A DNA stretch of 64,000 bases from an uncultured Pseudomonadota bacterium (GTDB taxonomy: Bacteria > Pseudomonadota > Gammaproteobacteria > Burkholderiales > SG8-39), in NCBI GenBank assembly GCA_903834835.1, contig CAILKO010000043.1, forward strand, positions 103,787 through 167,786, in the 5' to 3' direction. The position numbers and the translations under genes were made by a program. The notes beneath the pieces are model-generated. The model saw only the letters and a list, made by a program, of their open reading frames with translations, was not told the origin of the DNA and searched no databases. Below, in pieces: positions 1-10,497 of this stretch (positions are counted from its first letter, which is position 1; each line of letters begins with the position of its first letter).

Positions 1-547
1 GCCTGTTCCGCAAGGCGGTGGTGTCGATGTCCACGGACACATCCATGATGGTCGTGCCACCGCTTCCGGTCCACAGGAAGATGTTGGTCGCGCCAATTTT
101 CTTTCCGAGCAAATAGAGCTCGTTCGGATTGAGCAGCATCACGTCCGCGATTTCAGGACTGCCGACGGATATCCGGGTAACGTCTTCCGGCAGGCGGAGA
201 ACGCTGGACTTTCCGAGAGTAAGACTTAGCTGTGGCGCGATAGTGGTCGGCGGCACAAGCACGGCGATTCGAGCGAGCTCCGTAGTCCTTTGGTCAGTTA
301 CTCTGGCGGGTTCCGCAGCTATCGCGTTTGTGAGGGTAAATGCAGACTTCAGAACGAGTGTCATACTGGGGCGCGGCGCCGCGGCGCGTTGCGTCAAGAG
401 CGCGGAAACCGCCTTGGCCGTCACAGTTTTTTGGCCCGCTTCTTCGGTGGTACCGGTCGCGTGGACCACACCTGGCGTGAACGTCGAAATTAGGACTGCC
501 GCAGTCCGCAGGTCCCGCAGTATGTTGAATACATTGAATGCGGCCAT
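1..547 (-). CDS. cpaC: Tad pilus secretin CpaC/RcpA, N-terminal part (runs off the window)
   Basis: Manual translation from ATG 547 gives ...LSLTLGKSSVLRLPEDVTRISVGSPEIADVMLLNPNELYLLGKKIGATNIFLW, typical of the secretin N-domain; directly follows cpaB. Confidence 0.85.
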   Translation of the reverse strand, partial: MAAFNVFNILRDLRTAAVLISTFTPGVVHATGTTEEAGQKTVTAKAVSALLTQRAAAPRPSMTLVLKSAFTLTNAIAAEPARVTDQRTTELARIAVLVPPTTIAPQLSLTLGKSSVLRLPEDVTRISVGSPEIADVMLLNPNELYLLGKKIGATNIFLWTGSGGTTIMDVSVDIDTTALRNR

Positions 548-563
548 GGCTTGCTTTCTATAC

Positions 564-1439
564 TCAGCCGCGGCCATTCGGGTTCGGCGGTGGGTCGATT
601 GTCGTCCGGGTTACGCCTCGAATGACTTCAATCCCAGGCTTCCGCCGGAGCGATGTGTTTTCAGGCGTGGCCGATGCGGGCCTCGCCTCCCGCACCTTCA
701 CTTCCAGCACGGCGGTGTCTGCGCCGTACGTGTGCGGCGCGGGGCGCAGGCTGCGGACGTTCAGCAGGTCGCTCCTGCCGGCGCCGGAAGTAACAACGGA
801 CGCGCGATCGACTTGGTTGCGCAGCACCAGAGACAGGGTTCCGACGCTGCGTGCGAGATCGAGTATTTCGGCCTGCTGGGGTGTTACTTCAAGGGTGACG
901 GCATTCACGACCTTCGGCTTGGCCTCGTCGCCCTTCACGTCCTGCGCCACCGCCAGTACGAGGATTTGTTCGAGCACGATCTTCGACACGGGCCTGTTCT
1001 GCTCGTCCTGGGCGTTAACTATGACATCGACTCGGTTGCCGGGAATGGCGAAGCCGGCCACACCCACAACTTCGTTCACCTTGACCGTTATTGCGCGCTT
1101 GCCTTCGGCGATGACCGAGGATAGGCCGCCCGTACTGCCGGTCGCTGCAAGCTTGGGCTCCAGGATCGGCTCGCCCTGCAGTAGATTGGCAATGATCACT
1201 CTGGCATGGAGTGCCTTGGGATCGGAGAATGTCCCCTTAACCGCGCTGGGCGACGGCCAATCGACCACCTGCAGCATGCCAGGCTCAAGGCGAGTACCCG
1301 CATCCATATTGCTCTTCGCGACCACGACCTTGACGGTCGCCACGGAGGCCTGACGCGAGACCCACTGTGCGGCTGCAAATACCGCCGCGAGCCCTACCGC
1401 AATCGATATGGCGATAGTAGCTATGGGCTTGATATTCAT
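564..1439 (-). CDS. cpaB: Flp pilus assembly protein CpaB/RcpC
   Basis: N-terminal TM, SAF domain (VVVAK...L..GEPI), EGKRAITVKVNEVVGVAGFAIPGNRVDVI; start taken at MNIKP. Confidence 0.92.
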   Translation of the reverse strand: MNIKPIATIAISIAVGLAAVFAAAQWVSRQASVATVKVVVAKSNMDAGTRLEPGMLQVVDWPSPSAVKGTFSDPKALHARVIIANLLQGEPILEPKLAATGSTGGLSSVIAEGKRAITVKVNEVVGVAGFAIPGNRVDVIVNAQDEQNRPVSKIVLEQILVLAVAQDVKGDEAKPKVVNAVTLEVTPQQAEILDLARSVGTLSLVLRNQVDRASVVTSGAGRSDLLNVRSLRPAPHTYGADTAVLEVKVREARPASATPENTSLRRKPGIEVIRGVTRTTIDPPPNPNGRG

Positions 1440-1441
1440 AG

Positions 1442-1966
1442 CTAGAAGCGGTCTGCTGCCAGCTGTGAAACCAGCACGCCGACTGCCACCGCCACCGCGT
1501 ACGGAAGGCGGACCCGGGTTACAGGCATGTCGCCAATTCGCGGGGCGTTGCCGCTTGCCAGGTGCATGGCAGCGCTCCTCGCAAAAGCCCAGACGTTGCG
1601 CAGGGCCTGCACCAGAACGCCGGATTTCAGTCCGTAGCCGATGGCGAGAATCCCGCCCGCTGCGAACGTGGCAACGCCCGCTAGCAGTGTTGCCTTCACG
1701 CCCAGAAACGTTCCGGCCATCGCCAGAAGCTTGACGTCGCCTGCGCCCATGATGCCAAGCGCGTAGCATGGCAACAGCAGTGCAAATCCCGTGACCAATC
1801 CCATTGCCATGTCCCTGCTCCCGATGCCGGTGGGGGTGAGGCTGAAAGCAACCCCGACCAGTGCCGCGGCCACTACGAGCGTATTGGGAATCCGGTTCGA
1901 CCTGATGTCCATCCACGCCGCCGCGATAAGGAATGCCATCAACACCATGAAGTCGAGCCGGTTCAT
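1442..1966 (-). CDS. cpaA: Prepilin peptidase CpaA/TadV (A24)
   Basis: MDIRSNRIPN and MGAGDVKLL aspartate motifs, LPYAVAV C-terminus. Confidence 0.92.
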   Translation of the reverse strand: MNRLDFMVLMAFLIAAAWMDIRSNRIPNTLVVAAALVGVAFSLTPTGIGSRDMAMGLVTGFALLLPCYALGIMGAGDVKLLAMAGTFLGVKATLLAGVATFAAGGILAIGYGLKSGVLVQALRNVWAFARSAAMHLASGNAPRIGDMPVTRVRLPYAVAVAVGVLVSQLAADRF

Positions 1967-2086
1967 GTGTCCGGTTGCCGGCAACGCATCGGTTGTCTGC
2001 CAGGTCGTCTAGGACCGCCCCTATGCCGGTATGAGCGGTTCTGCATCGGGTGCCTGCAACACGGGGCTCACTAAGATGGAGACACC

Positions 2087-2126
2087 GGGTTCATGCCGGT
2101 ACTTTCGGGTGAGCCGGCATGAACCC
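2087..2126. other. 13-bp perfect inverted repeat just downstream of flp
   Basis: GGGTTCATGCCGG (2087-2099) / CCGGCATGAACCC (2114-2126), no U-tract. Confidence 0.6.
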
Positions 2127-2142
2127 AGCACCGAACAGCGGA

Positions 2143-2352
2143 TTACGTGCAAGCTGTCGTGCACGTGCCGTTGTTGGCGCCCACCATGCAATCCGCAACA
2201 CGCGTGAAAATGCATGACAGGCGGGTACCGAGCAATGATGCCGCAGTGATGATTGCAACCGCAATCAAAGCAGCGATCAATCCGTATTCGATTGCGGTCG
2301 CACCCTCTTCGTCGCGCCAAAAATCTAGTGCAAGTTGCTTCATTGTCTTCAT
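2143..2352 (-). CDS. flp: Flp (type IVc/Tad) major pilin
   Basis: RDEEG|ATAIEYGLIAALIAV Flp motif; GGAG RBS upstream of ATG 2352. Confidence 0.95.
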   Translation of the reverse strand: MKTMKQLALDFWRDEEGATAIEYGLIAALIAVAIITAASLLGTRLSCIFTRVADCMVGANNGTCTTACT

Positions 2353-2539
2353 GACATTTCTCCATCGGCTGCTGAAAAAAGTTCCGGAACAAGGCGTCAG
2401 TATGGAGGAAATTGCGTGGCCGCTATGTTCGTTGCCACACATAGCACGCAAAATCAGGGGCAACGAGAAGGGGCGGCGTGTCCGGCACGCTGGCCGGGCC
2501 GCCGGTGGTCAATTCAACCGTAGCGCGCGGTTCCGACGA

Positions 2540-3943
2540 TCACTTCGCGATGCGAATCCCCGAAGCGATTTCGGCATAGCAGGACTTCAAGGCGGCTACG
2601 TCGGCGGCCCAGCAATACTTGCCAACCGGAAGATTCGGGTTGTAGCAACGCGGCAGGGAGTCAGGCGTGTTTGCCATGCACTTGAGCAGGTCTTCGCCGT
2701 TTTCATTGTCCGGTCCGGACCCGTTCTTCAGGAGGCTGCCCAAGCCAAGCGTATATACGTAAGTGCCTTCCGTCCGCGCCTTCAGGGCGACGGACTCCGC
2801 GAGGTTGCGCGCCGCTCGGTTGATGTTCGCATACCAGGCGTTCTGATAGTTCGGGGCACCGGCGGCAGCGGGCGTCGCCAGCACTTGGCGCGGCGTGTTC
2901 GTAACGACCGGGAATTCCATGTCGGTCTGGTTGTGCGCGTTGTAGTAGGCGGGAAACGGCGTGGTCACGTACCGATAGTGTCGATTCACGCCGCCCCCCG
3001 TAGTTGAAATGATGCTGTTCCCCTGGTCACAGTTTCCGGGCAGCGCCTGGCTCACTCGATCAGGGTAATACAAGCCCGTGGGCGTACCGGTTGAGCCATC
3101 TCCTGCGGAGAGCACACCCGGCGACGCGCAGTCGGAGGGGGTGTGGAATTTGAAGTACGAAGCGAACGTATTTGGCGAACCATCGGAGAAAAACACGATG
3201 ACCCGCAGACTGGAATAGTTCGCGGGTGAAATGTGGTTCTTGAGCTGATCGCGAGCGTTCCATAGCCCCTCGGAAGAATTCGTGTTTCCGGCGAAGCCAT
3301 AGCCGTTAATGCGACTATTCATCGTGCCTCTGTCAAACCCCCGGCTCTGATCCGCTTTGAAGGGAACATCCACCGTGGCGCCGTAGGCGAAATGAATCAG
3401 CGAGACCCGATCTTCCAGTTGATTGAAGAGGCTGAGGAAATAGGTCGCACCGTTCCTTACCCCGCTCCCGACGGACTGCAGCGATCCAGTCGTGTCCATA
3501 ACGAACGCCATGTCGAGGGAACGCCTGACCACTTGCGCTGTCGCGCTCACCGGCAGCAGATTGAGGCCGAACATTCCCATTATGTTGACGGGCGGGCTGG
3601 CGGTGCCCGACAGATTGATTGTCGCCTCGCCACGGGAGAACGTAACGACGGGTGTCGCGAGCGTGCCGGTCGAGCGTAGATAGCCGGCCGGATAATTGGC
3701 GTCGAAGAACTTCTGGGCCGCCTGGACCGCATTGTTGATTTGATCCGTCTGGGTGGCCCCCTGGCTTAGCGCCCGCGCTGCGGCTATCCCGGCGGCATCG
3801 ACGGCGCCCTCGAGCTTGGCTTTGACGAGATAGCCCACACCGGAATCGATGACGACACCGGCTGCGCCGATCAGCACGAGCATGATAAAGGCCGTCAGGA
3901 TCGTGATTTGTCCTTTGCTCCGGAATCGCCCGGAAGTTCTCAT
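2540..3943 (-). CDS. tadG: TadG-like vWA-domain pilus tip protein
   Basis: KGQITILT pilin-like N-terminus, AVDAAGIAAA, MIDAS-type DTTGS and FFSDG motifs. Confidence 0.85.
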   Translation of the reverse strand: MRTSGRFRSKGQITILTAFIMLVLIGAAGVVIDSGVGYLVKAKLEGAVDAAGIAAARALSQGATQTDQINNAVQAAQKFFDANYPAGYLRSTGTLATPVVTFSRGEATINLSGTASPPVNIMGMFGLNLLPVSATAQVVRRSLDMAFVMDTTGSLQSVGSGVRNGATYFLSLFNQLEDRVSLIHFAYGATVDVPFKADQSRGFDRGTMNSRINGYGFAGNTNSSEGLWNARDQLKNHISPANYSSLRVIVFFSDGSPNTFASYFKFHTPSDCASPGVLSAGDGSTGTPTGLYYPDRVSQALPGNCDQGNSIISTTGGGVNRHYRYVTTPFPAYYNAHNQTDMEFPVVTNTPRQVLATPAAAGAPNYQNAWYANINRAARNLAESVALKARTEGTYVYTLGLGSLLKNGSGPDNENGEDLLKCMANTPDSLPRCYNPNLPVGKYCWAADVAALKSCYAEIASGIRIAK

Positions 3944-3966
3944 GGCCTATCCTTGGGCTGCTGGAA

Positions 3967-4608
3967 TCAGAGGACCGTCATGGCGTACAAGTTAGGCCCG
4001 ATCTGGGGCATTCGTACGCCGAATCCGAAATTCATTGCTCCCAGGAGCATGCTGAAGCGGTAATAAGCTTCCACCGCGTAGATCACATCGCCGTCGGCGA
4101 GTTGCCCCATCATGACGTTGGCGGTCGGGGACATGGTCCCTGCGGAGGGCAGGTTTGCGCAATTGCCTTCATTGGGCCCACTGGTCAGCCAGTTCGTACC
4201 GCCGGAATCGCCGCAGGTCCAGACCGCGCTATTCGGGGAGTAAGTGCTTTGGTGCCAGCCTTGCGTCCATCGGTATTGCTCGATCACGACATTTCTTACC
4301 CTGCCACCTTCCTGATGTCCCGTGATCTTGGTGACATAGATCATTCCGTTCTGGCCCATGTCCAGTGGGGGAGTCGAGGAAGCAAGCGCAACCATGATTT
4401 GCTGGTTTGCATACTGGAGAGATGATCTCGACGCCAGGTTAGCGCCTTCCCTGCTGAGATTGACCAATATCATTTGCGCCTGTAGCGCGCGCGCAAACTC
4501 ATATATTCCGACCACGAGCAGCAACAGGAACGGCAGCACCAGCGCAAATTCCACGGCGGCCGTCCCAGCGCACTTGCTGCGACGCCCCTTGGGACGTGGT
4601 GCCGTCAC
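3967..4608 (-). CDS. TadE/TadF-like minor pilin
   Basis: GTAAVEFALVLP...SREGA motif. Confidence 0.85.
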   Translation of the reverse strand: MTAPRPKGRRSKCAGTAAVEFALVLPFLLLLVVGIYEFARALQAQMILVNLSREGANLASRSSLQYANQQIMVALASSTPPLDMGQNGMIYVTKITGHQEGGRVRNVVIEQYRWTQGWHQSTYSPNSAVWTCGDSGGTNWLTSGPNEGNCANLPSAGTMSPTANVMMGQLADGDVIYAVEAYYRFSMLLGAMNFGFGVRMPQIGPNLYAMTVL

Positions 4609-5096
4609 TGCTGATAAGCCTCATTGCGCATGGTGGCGGCAACGCTGAAATTGTAATTTCCCGCCATGAAGTAAGGCGCGACCAGAGGGGTTGTGAGCGG
4701 CCAGAAGCAATTGAGTTGCAGCATCACAATGTCGCCGGGGCCGCCAAACATGCCGCTCGTATATTGGGTGGAATCGCCATACGTCCGGAGGGGGCCGCCG
4801 TTGATGCTGGTAGCAACAACGGGGTGAACCTGGTCGAAGAGTCCGATCGAGTTGTCTTTGATTGCCTCGATGACGGCCAGGTAGCGCTGCTGGTTCGACG
4901 CATTCGGGTCGAGATTGCTCTGGCCCGTAATCGCGTAGCGCGCGCCTTCCCTGACCGCGTATTGCATGGTCAGGTTTACCCAGAACATGATGCCACACTC
5001 GACAACGCCGAGGATGAGCAGGAAATAGACTGGTGCTAGCAGCGCAAATTCCAGCGCGGTCGCGCCGCGATTCTTCGCGCGCATCATCTGACCCAT
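4605..5096 (-). CDS. tadE: TadE-like minor pilin
   Basis: GATALEFALLAP...AVREGARYA; ends MRNEAY. Confidence 0.88.
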   Translation of the reverse strand: MGQMMRAKNRGATALEFALLAPVYFLLILGVVECGIMFWVNLTMQYAVREGARYAITGQSNLDPNASNQQRYLAVIEAIKDNSIGLFDQVHPVVATSINGGPLRTYGDSTQYTSGMFGGPGDIVMLQLNCFWPLTTPLVAPYFMAGNYNFSVAATMRNEAYQQ

Positions 5097-5414
5097 CTGC
5101 TCGCAGTCGTATTTAGGCGGATTGCTGCTGGTATATCGAACTCTACTTCAGCGCGGTTGCGCTTTATCAGTGTTCCGAATCAGATTATCACGGCAACCGC
5201 GGATAAATCTGTTCCGGTTGAAGCGGGAGTATTCTTCAAGCAGAAGCTTGGTCGGAGTCCGAATCGGGCCTCGATAGACTTGGTAGGGGTCTTGGGTTCG
5301 CATTCAATCGCGCCTGCCAAATTCCCTGGACGTACCTTCCTCTCTCGACGCTTGGCAGACCGCCCGGCACGACGCACGATGCGACGCCGCGCCGGGTCTG
5401 TGGAAGTTCGTCTG

Positions 5415-7742
5415 TCAGGCCGCGCGCGCGCCTTCGATTGCGCGCCATACCTTCTCCGGCGTGGCAGGCATGTCGATCGAGCGCACGCCGAGCGGCGCGA
5501 GCGCATCGACCACCGCGTTCATGATCGCCGGCAGGGCGCCCACATTGCCGGCCTCGCCCGCGCCCTTGACCCCGAGCGGGTTGGTCGGGGTCGGGGCAGG
5601 GATGTTCTCCATGTCGAAGTCGCAGGTGTCGTCCGCGCGCGGCAGGCCATAGTCCATGAATGAACCCGTGAGCAGCTGGCCGGAGTCCGGGTCGTAGCGC
5701 ACGTGCTCGCTGAAGCACTGTCCGATGCCCTGCACGATGCCGCCGTGGATCTGTCCTTCGAGCGTCAGGTGGTTGATGACCGTGCCGACATCGTCAACCA
5801 CCGAATAGCGCAGGATCCGTGTCGTGCCGGTCTCCGGGTCGATCTCGAGCTCGCACACGTGGCAGCCGTTCGGAAAGGTCGGGATCTCCGGGGCGAAGCT
5901 CGCGGTTTCCGCAAGACCGGTCTCCATGTCCTTCGGAATCTGGGACGGAATGTGCGCGACGCGCGCGACCTCGGCAATGCTGACCTTGCGGTCGGTGCCC
6001 GCGACGCGGAATTCACCGTCGCCGAATTCGATGTCCACGGCGGCGGCCTCAAGGATATGCGCGGCGATGCGCTTGCCCTTCTCGATGATCCGGTCGGAGG
6101 CCATCGCGCTCGCCGTGCCGCCGAGCACCGCGGTGCGCGAGGCATAGGTACCGCCGCCGTCGGGCGCGACATCGGTGTCGGACTGCGCGACGCGGATGGT
6201 GTCCGCATCGATCCCGAGACGGTCGCTCACGATGATCTTGTACATGGTTTCGTGGCCCTGGCCCTGCGAGATGGAGCCGGGAATGACGGTGCAGCCGCCG
6301 CTCGGATCGAAGCGGATCTGGATGGTCTCGCCGTAGTACATCGCGGCCTGTTCGATCACGTTGGACAAGCCGATGCCGCGCAACATGCCGCGGCGCTTTG
6401 CTTCCGCGCGGCGCGCTTCGAAACCGCTGTAGTCGGCAATCTGCAGCGCGCGCTCCAGATTGGCGGGAAAGTTGCCGCTGTCCAGCTTGTAGTTGAGGCC
6501 GGTCTGGAAAGGCATCGCGCTCGCGGGCACCGTGTTGCGGCGCCGGATCTCGGCCGCGTCGATACCCATTTCGCGCGCGGCGGTGTCGATCAGGCGTTCG
6601 ATGACATAGGCCGCCTCGGGGCGGCCCGAGCCGCGATAAGGGCCTGCGCAGCCGGTGTTCGTCAGCACCGCAGACACCTCCGCGTAGATCGCAGGCGTGG
6701 TGTAGGTGCCGGCGAGACTGCCGAAATGGGTGGAGGCGGAAATCATGCCGGCCGGGTTCATGTAGGCGCCGATGTTCGAGATGTTCGAAATCCGCGCGGC
6801 GAGAAATTTTCCATTCCGGTCGAGCGCGAGCTCGGCATAGCTGATGTGGTCGCGATCGTGGTCGTCCGAGAGCATGGCCTCGCTGCGATCGCTTACCCAC
6901 TTCACCGGGCGGCCGAGCTGGCGCGACGCCCACAGACAGACCGGATATTCCGGGAACTGGTCGTTCTTCATGCCGAAGCTGCCGCCAACCTCGCCGGAGA
7001 CGAGGCGCAGCTTGGTTTCAGGCATGTGCATGACGAGCTTGGCGATGTGGGTGCGCGTGGCGTGCGGGCGCTGGGTGCCGGCATAGAGCGTGTAGCGGTC
7101 CTCGCGATAGTCGTAATCGCCGATGCAGCCGCGCGCCTCCATGGTGCAGTGCGTGACGCGATTGAATTCCAGACGCAGCTTGGTGACGTGATCGGCGCCC
7201 GCGAAGGCGGCATCGACGCGCGGCTTGTCGCCGATGGCGAAGAAGAAGGTTTCATTGTCCGCGCAGCCGTCCCAGATCGCCGGCGTGCCGGGCTTGCGCG
7301 CACCTTCGGTATCGACCACCACCGGCAGGGCTTCGTACTCGACCGCGACCAGTTCGGCTGCATCCTTCGCCTGGTTGCGGGTTTCGGCGATGATGACTGC
7401 TACGGCCTCGCCGACGAGTTTGACCGTGTCCGCTGCGAGCAGGGCGCGTGCCGGGGCAAACATCGGCGAGCCGTCGCGCCGCTGGCGCTGCAGGAAGGGC
7501 GGCAGGGAACCGAATTTCTCGGGCACGAGATCCGCGCCGGTGTAGACAGCGAGGATGCCCGGGGCCGCGCGTGCGGCACTCGCGTCGATCGACACGATGC
7601 GCGCATGGGCGTGCGGCGAGCGCAGGAAGATCGCATGGCATTCGCCGGACAGCACGAAGTCGTCGAGAAATTTGCCACGGCCGGTGGTGAGACGATCATC
7701 CTCGGTGCGCGGCACCGACTGTCCGATTGCGAATCTGCCCAT
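5415..7742 (-). CDS. Xanthine dehydrogenase-family molybdopterin-binding large subunit (CoxL/CutL-like), copy 2
   Basis: [68 protein letters not shown]. Confidence 0.93.
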   Translation of the reverse strand: MGRFAIGQSVPRTEDDRLTTGRGKFLDDFVLSGECHAIFLRSPHAHARIVSIDASAARAAPGILAVYTGADLVPEKFGSLPPFLQRQRRDGSPMFAPARALLAADTVKLVGEAVAVIIAETRNQAKDAAELVAVEYEALPVVVDTEGARKPGTPAIWDGCADNETFFFAIGDKPRVDAAFAGADHVTKLRLEFNRVTHCTMEARGCIGDYDYREDRYTLYAGTQRPHATRTHIAKLVMHMPETKLRLVSGEVGGSFGMKNDQFPEYPVCLWASRQLGRPVKWVSDRSEAMLSDDHDRDHISYAELALDRNGKFLAARISNISNIGAYMNPAGMISASTHFGSLAGTYTTPAIYAEVSAVLTNTGCAGPYRGSGRPEAAYVIERLIDTAAREMGIDAAEIRRRNTVPASAMPFQTGLNYKLDSGNFPANLERALQIADYSGFEARRAEAKRRGMLRGIGLSNVIEQAAMYYGETIQIRFDPSGGCTVIPGSISQGQGHETMYKIIVSDRLGIDADTIRVAQSDTDVAPDGGGTYASRTAVLGGTASAMASDRIIEKGKRIAAHILEAAAVDIEFGDGEFRVAGTDRKVSIAEVARVAHIPSQIPKDMETGLAETASFAPEIPTFPNGCHVCELEIDPETGTTRILRYSVVDDVGTVINHLTLEGQIHGGIVQGIGQCFSEHVRYDPDSGQLLTGSFMDYGLPRADDTCDFDMENIPAPTPTNPLGVKGAGEAGNVGALPAIMNAVVDALAPLGVRSIDMPATPEKVWRAIEGARAA

Positions 7743-7817
7743 GTCCTGCTCCTGTTCTGTCTCTCTAAAGGCCACCGGGCGACGTCAGTCGCCCGGTGCG
7801 TGCATCCTGCCGTAGCG

Positions 7818-10139
7818 TTATTGCGCGGACTGGATCGCGCGCCACACCCGCTCCGGCGTGGCCGGCATGTCGAGGTGACGCACGCCGAGCGGTGACAGGG
7901 CATCGACGACTGCATTCATGATCGCCGGCAGCGCCCCGACGTTGCCGGCCTCGCCCGCGCCCTTGGCACCGAGCGGGTTGGTCGCGGTCGGCACCGGCTG
8001 GTTCTCCATGTCGAAGTCGCAGGTGTCGTCGGCGCGCGGCAGGCCGTAGTCCATGAAGGATCCCGTCAGCAACTGGCCCGTCTCGCTGTCGTAGCGCAGG
8101 TGCTCGCTGAAGGCCTGACCGATACCCTGCACGATGCCGCCGTGGATCTGGCCCTCGAAGGTGAGATGGTTGATCACCGTGCCGACATCGTCTACCACTG
8201 CATAGCGCAGTACTTTCGATTTGCCGGTTTCCGGATCGATCTCGACTTCGCACACATGGCAGCCGTTCGGATAGCTGGCGATTTCCGGGGCGAAGCTCGC
8301 CACCGCGAAGAGTCCGGTCTCGACATCCTTCGGGATGAGGGAGGGCACATGGGCGACGCGCGCGATTTCCGTGATGCCGACCTTGCGGTCGGTGCCCCCG
8401 ACGCGGAATTCGCCGTCGCCGAACTCGATATCAACCGCCGCCGCCTCGAGCAGGTGTGCCGCGATGCGCTTGCCTTTCTCGATGATCTTGTCCGCGGCCA
8501 TGCCGCAGGCGGAACCGCCGAGCACCGCCGTGCGCGAGGCCCAGGTGCCCTGTCCGTCGGAGACGACATCGGTATCCCCGAAGGAGAGCCGCACCGTGTC
8601 CGGATCGATGCCGAGGCGGTCGCTCAGGATGATCTTGTACATCGTTTCGTGGCCCTGGCCGTGCGAGATCGAACCCGCGACCAGCGTGATGCCGCCGCTC
8701 GGATCGAAACGGATTTCCATCGTTTCGCCGAGCAGGTGGGCCGCCTGCTCGATCACGTTTGCAATACCGATGCCGCGCAGCATGCCGCGACGCTTCGCCT
8801 CGGCGCGGCGCGCCTCGAAGCCGGCGTACTCGGAGATCTGGAGCGCACGTTCGAGGTTGGCGGGGAAGTTGCCGCAGTCCAGCTTGTAGGTGAGTCCGGT
8901 CTGGAAGGGCATCGCGCTCGCGGGTACGGTATTGCGCCGGCGGATTTCCGCGCGATCCATCCCCATGTCGCGCGCCGCCACGTCGATCAGACGCTCGATG
9001 ATGTAGGCCGCCTCGGGGCGGCCGGAACCGCGGTAGGGACCGGCGACGCCGGTGTTGGTGAGCACGGCCGAGACTTCGGCATAGATCGCGGGCGTGGTGT
9101 AGGTGCCCGCCAGGCTGCCGAAGTGGGTCGACGCGGAGATCGGGCCCGTCAGGTTGAGGTAGGCGCCGATGTTCGAGATGTTCGAGACCCGCACCGCGAG
9201 GAACCTGCCGTCCCGGTCCAGCGCAATCTCGGCATTGCTGATGTGGTCGCGATCGTGATAGTCGGCCAGCATCGCTTCGCTGCGCTCGCAGATCCACTTT
9301 ACCGGGCGACCGATCTTGCGCGCGGCCCACAGGCAGAGCGGGTACTCGGTGAAGTCCTCGTTCTTCAGGCCGAAACTGCCCCCGACCTCGCCGCTCACGA
9401 TGCGCAGTTTGGTCTCGGGAATTCCGAGGATGGTGCCGGCGATGCCCTTGCGCATTCCGTGGGGACGCTGATTGCCCGAATACAGGGTGTAGCGGTCCTC
9501 GCGGTAGTCGTACTCGCCGATGCAGCCGCGCGTCTCCATCGTGCAGTGCGTGATCCGGTTGAATTCCAGTCGCACCCGGCTTACATGGTGCGCCGTGGCG
9601 AAGGCAGCATCCACGCGTGCCTTGTCGCCGGCCGCGAAGAAGAATGTTTCGTTGTCCGGGCAGTCTTTCCACACGGCGGGAGTGCCCGGCCGCGCAGCGC
9701 TTTCGGTATCGACGACAACCGGCAGCGGATCGTAGTCCACCGCGATGAGCTCAGCCGCATCCTTGGCCTGGTTGCGTGTTTCCGCAATCACCATCGCGAC
9801 GCATTCGCCGAGCAGCATGACGCGTTCGTGCGCAAGCAGGGGGCGGTGGGGCGCGAAGGCAGAGGCGCCGCTGCGCCGGAAGCGCGGCATCATCGGCGCG
9901 AGCCAGCCGAATTTCTCCGGCAGCACGTCCGCGCCGGTGTAGATGGCGAGCACACCCGGGGCTACGCGCGCGGCGTCCGTGTCGACGGACAGGATGCGCG
10001 CATGGGCGTGGGGCGAGCGCAGGAATACCGCGTGGCACTCGTCAGGTAGCGTGTAGTCGTCGAGATAGCGCCCGCGTCCGGTGGTGAGGCGGTCGTCCTC
10101 GGTACGCGGTACGGACTGCCCGATTGCGAATCTGCCCAT
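7818..10139 (-). CDS. Xanthine dehydrogenase-family molybdopterin-binding large subunit (CoxL/CutL-like), copy 1
   Basis: Same motifs as 5415-7742; AGGAGG RBS before ATG 10139. Confidence 0.93.
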   Translation of the reverse strand: MGRFAIGQSVPRTEDDRLTTGRGRYLDDYTLPDECHAVFLRSPHAHARILSVDTDAARVAPGVLAIYTGADVLPEKFGWLAPMMPRFRRSGASAFAPHRPLLAHERVMLLGECVAMVIAETRNQAKDAAELIAVDYDPLPVVVDTESAARPGTPAVWKDCPDNETFFFAAGDKARVDAAFATAHHVSRVRLEFNRITHCTMETRGCIGEYDYREDRYTLYSGNQRPHGMRKGIAGTILGIPETKLRIVSGEVGGSFGLKNEDFTEYPLCLWAARKIGRPVKWICERSEAMLADYHDRDHISNAEIALDRDGRFLAVRVSNISNIGAYLNLTGPISASTHFGSLAGTYTTPAIYAEVSAVLTNTGVAGPYRGSGRPEAAYIIERLIDVAARDMGMDRAEIRRRNTVPASAMPFQTGLTYKLDCGNFPANLERALQISEYAGFEARRAEAKRRGMLRGIGIANVIEQAAHLLGETMEIRFDPSGGITLVAGSISHGQGHETMYKIILSDRLGIDPDTVRLSFGDTDVVSDGQGTWASRTAVLGGSACGMAADKIIEKGKRIAAHLLEAAAVDIEFGDGEFRVGGTDRKVGITEIARVAHVPSLIPKDVETGLFAVASFAPEIASYPNGCHVCEVEIDPETGKSKVLRYAVVDDVGTVINHLTFEGQIHGGIVQGIGQAFSEHLRYDSETGQLLTGSFMDYGLPRADDTCDFDMENQPVPTATNPLGAKGAGEAGNVGALPAIMNAVVDALSPLGVRHLDMPATPERVWRAIQSAQ

Positions 10140-10300
10140 CGATTTCCTCCTGATGCTGAATTTGCCCCGCGAATGTGCCCAATGCGCACGCGGCTCCCGC
10201 GTGGACGCTAACGCCGTTGGCACAGCCGGTCAAGCGCGCCGCACGCTCCTCGGGGGAGCGGGTGATATCATCGGCAGACCAAGGAAACAGCATCCTGGCC

Positions 10301-10369
10301 ATGCGAACAGCGGTCAGGCGACCGCCCGAGCAGACGATGACACGAACGCGAACGCAGTCCGACCACTAG
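10301..10369 (+). CDS. Candidate Thr-rich leader peptide of thrS ([22 protein letters not shown])
   Basis: 5 Thr codons, 4 of them alternating near the end; followed by an intrinsic terminator ahead of thrS. Confidence 0.6.
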   Translation: MRTAVRRPPEQTMTRTRTQSDH

Positions 10370-10398
10370 GAACCGGCGGCCGACATCGGGATCACAGG

Positions 10399-10420
10399 AT
10401 GCGGCGCTGCCGCATTTTTT
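10399..10420 (+). terminator. Intrinsic terminator/attenuator in thrS leader
   Basis: ATGCGGC-gct-GCCGCAT with T6 tract. Confidence 0.75.
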
Positions 10421-10497
10421 ATGTCCGCAGATACTCTGGCCAGGTGCCCGCCTCCGATGCGGACCGGCCGGAGCGGACCCACTCCAGGAAACAAGCA

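Noticed and set aside
5415..10139. Aerobic CO dehydrogenase
   Set aside because: Lacks the AYxCSFR Cu-binding motif and the coxM/coxS/accessory genes.
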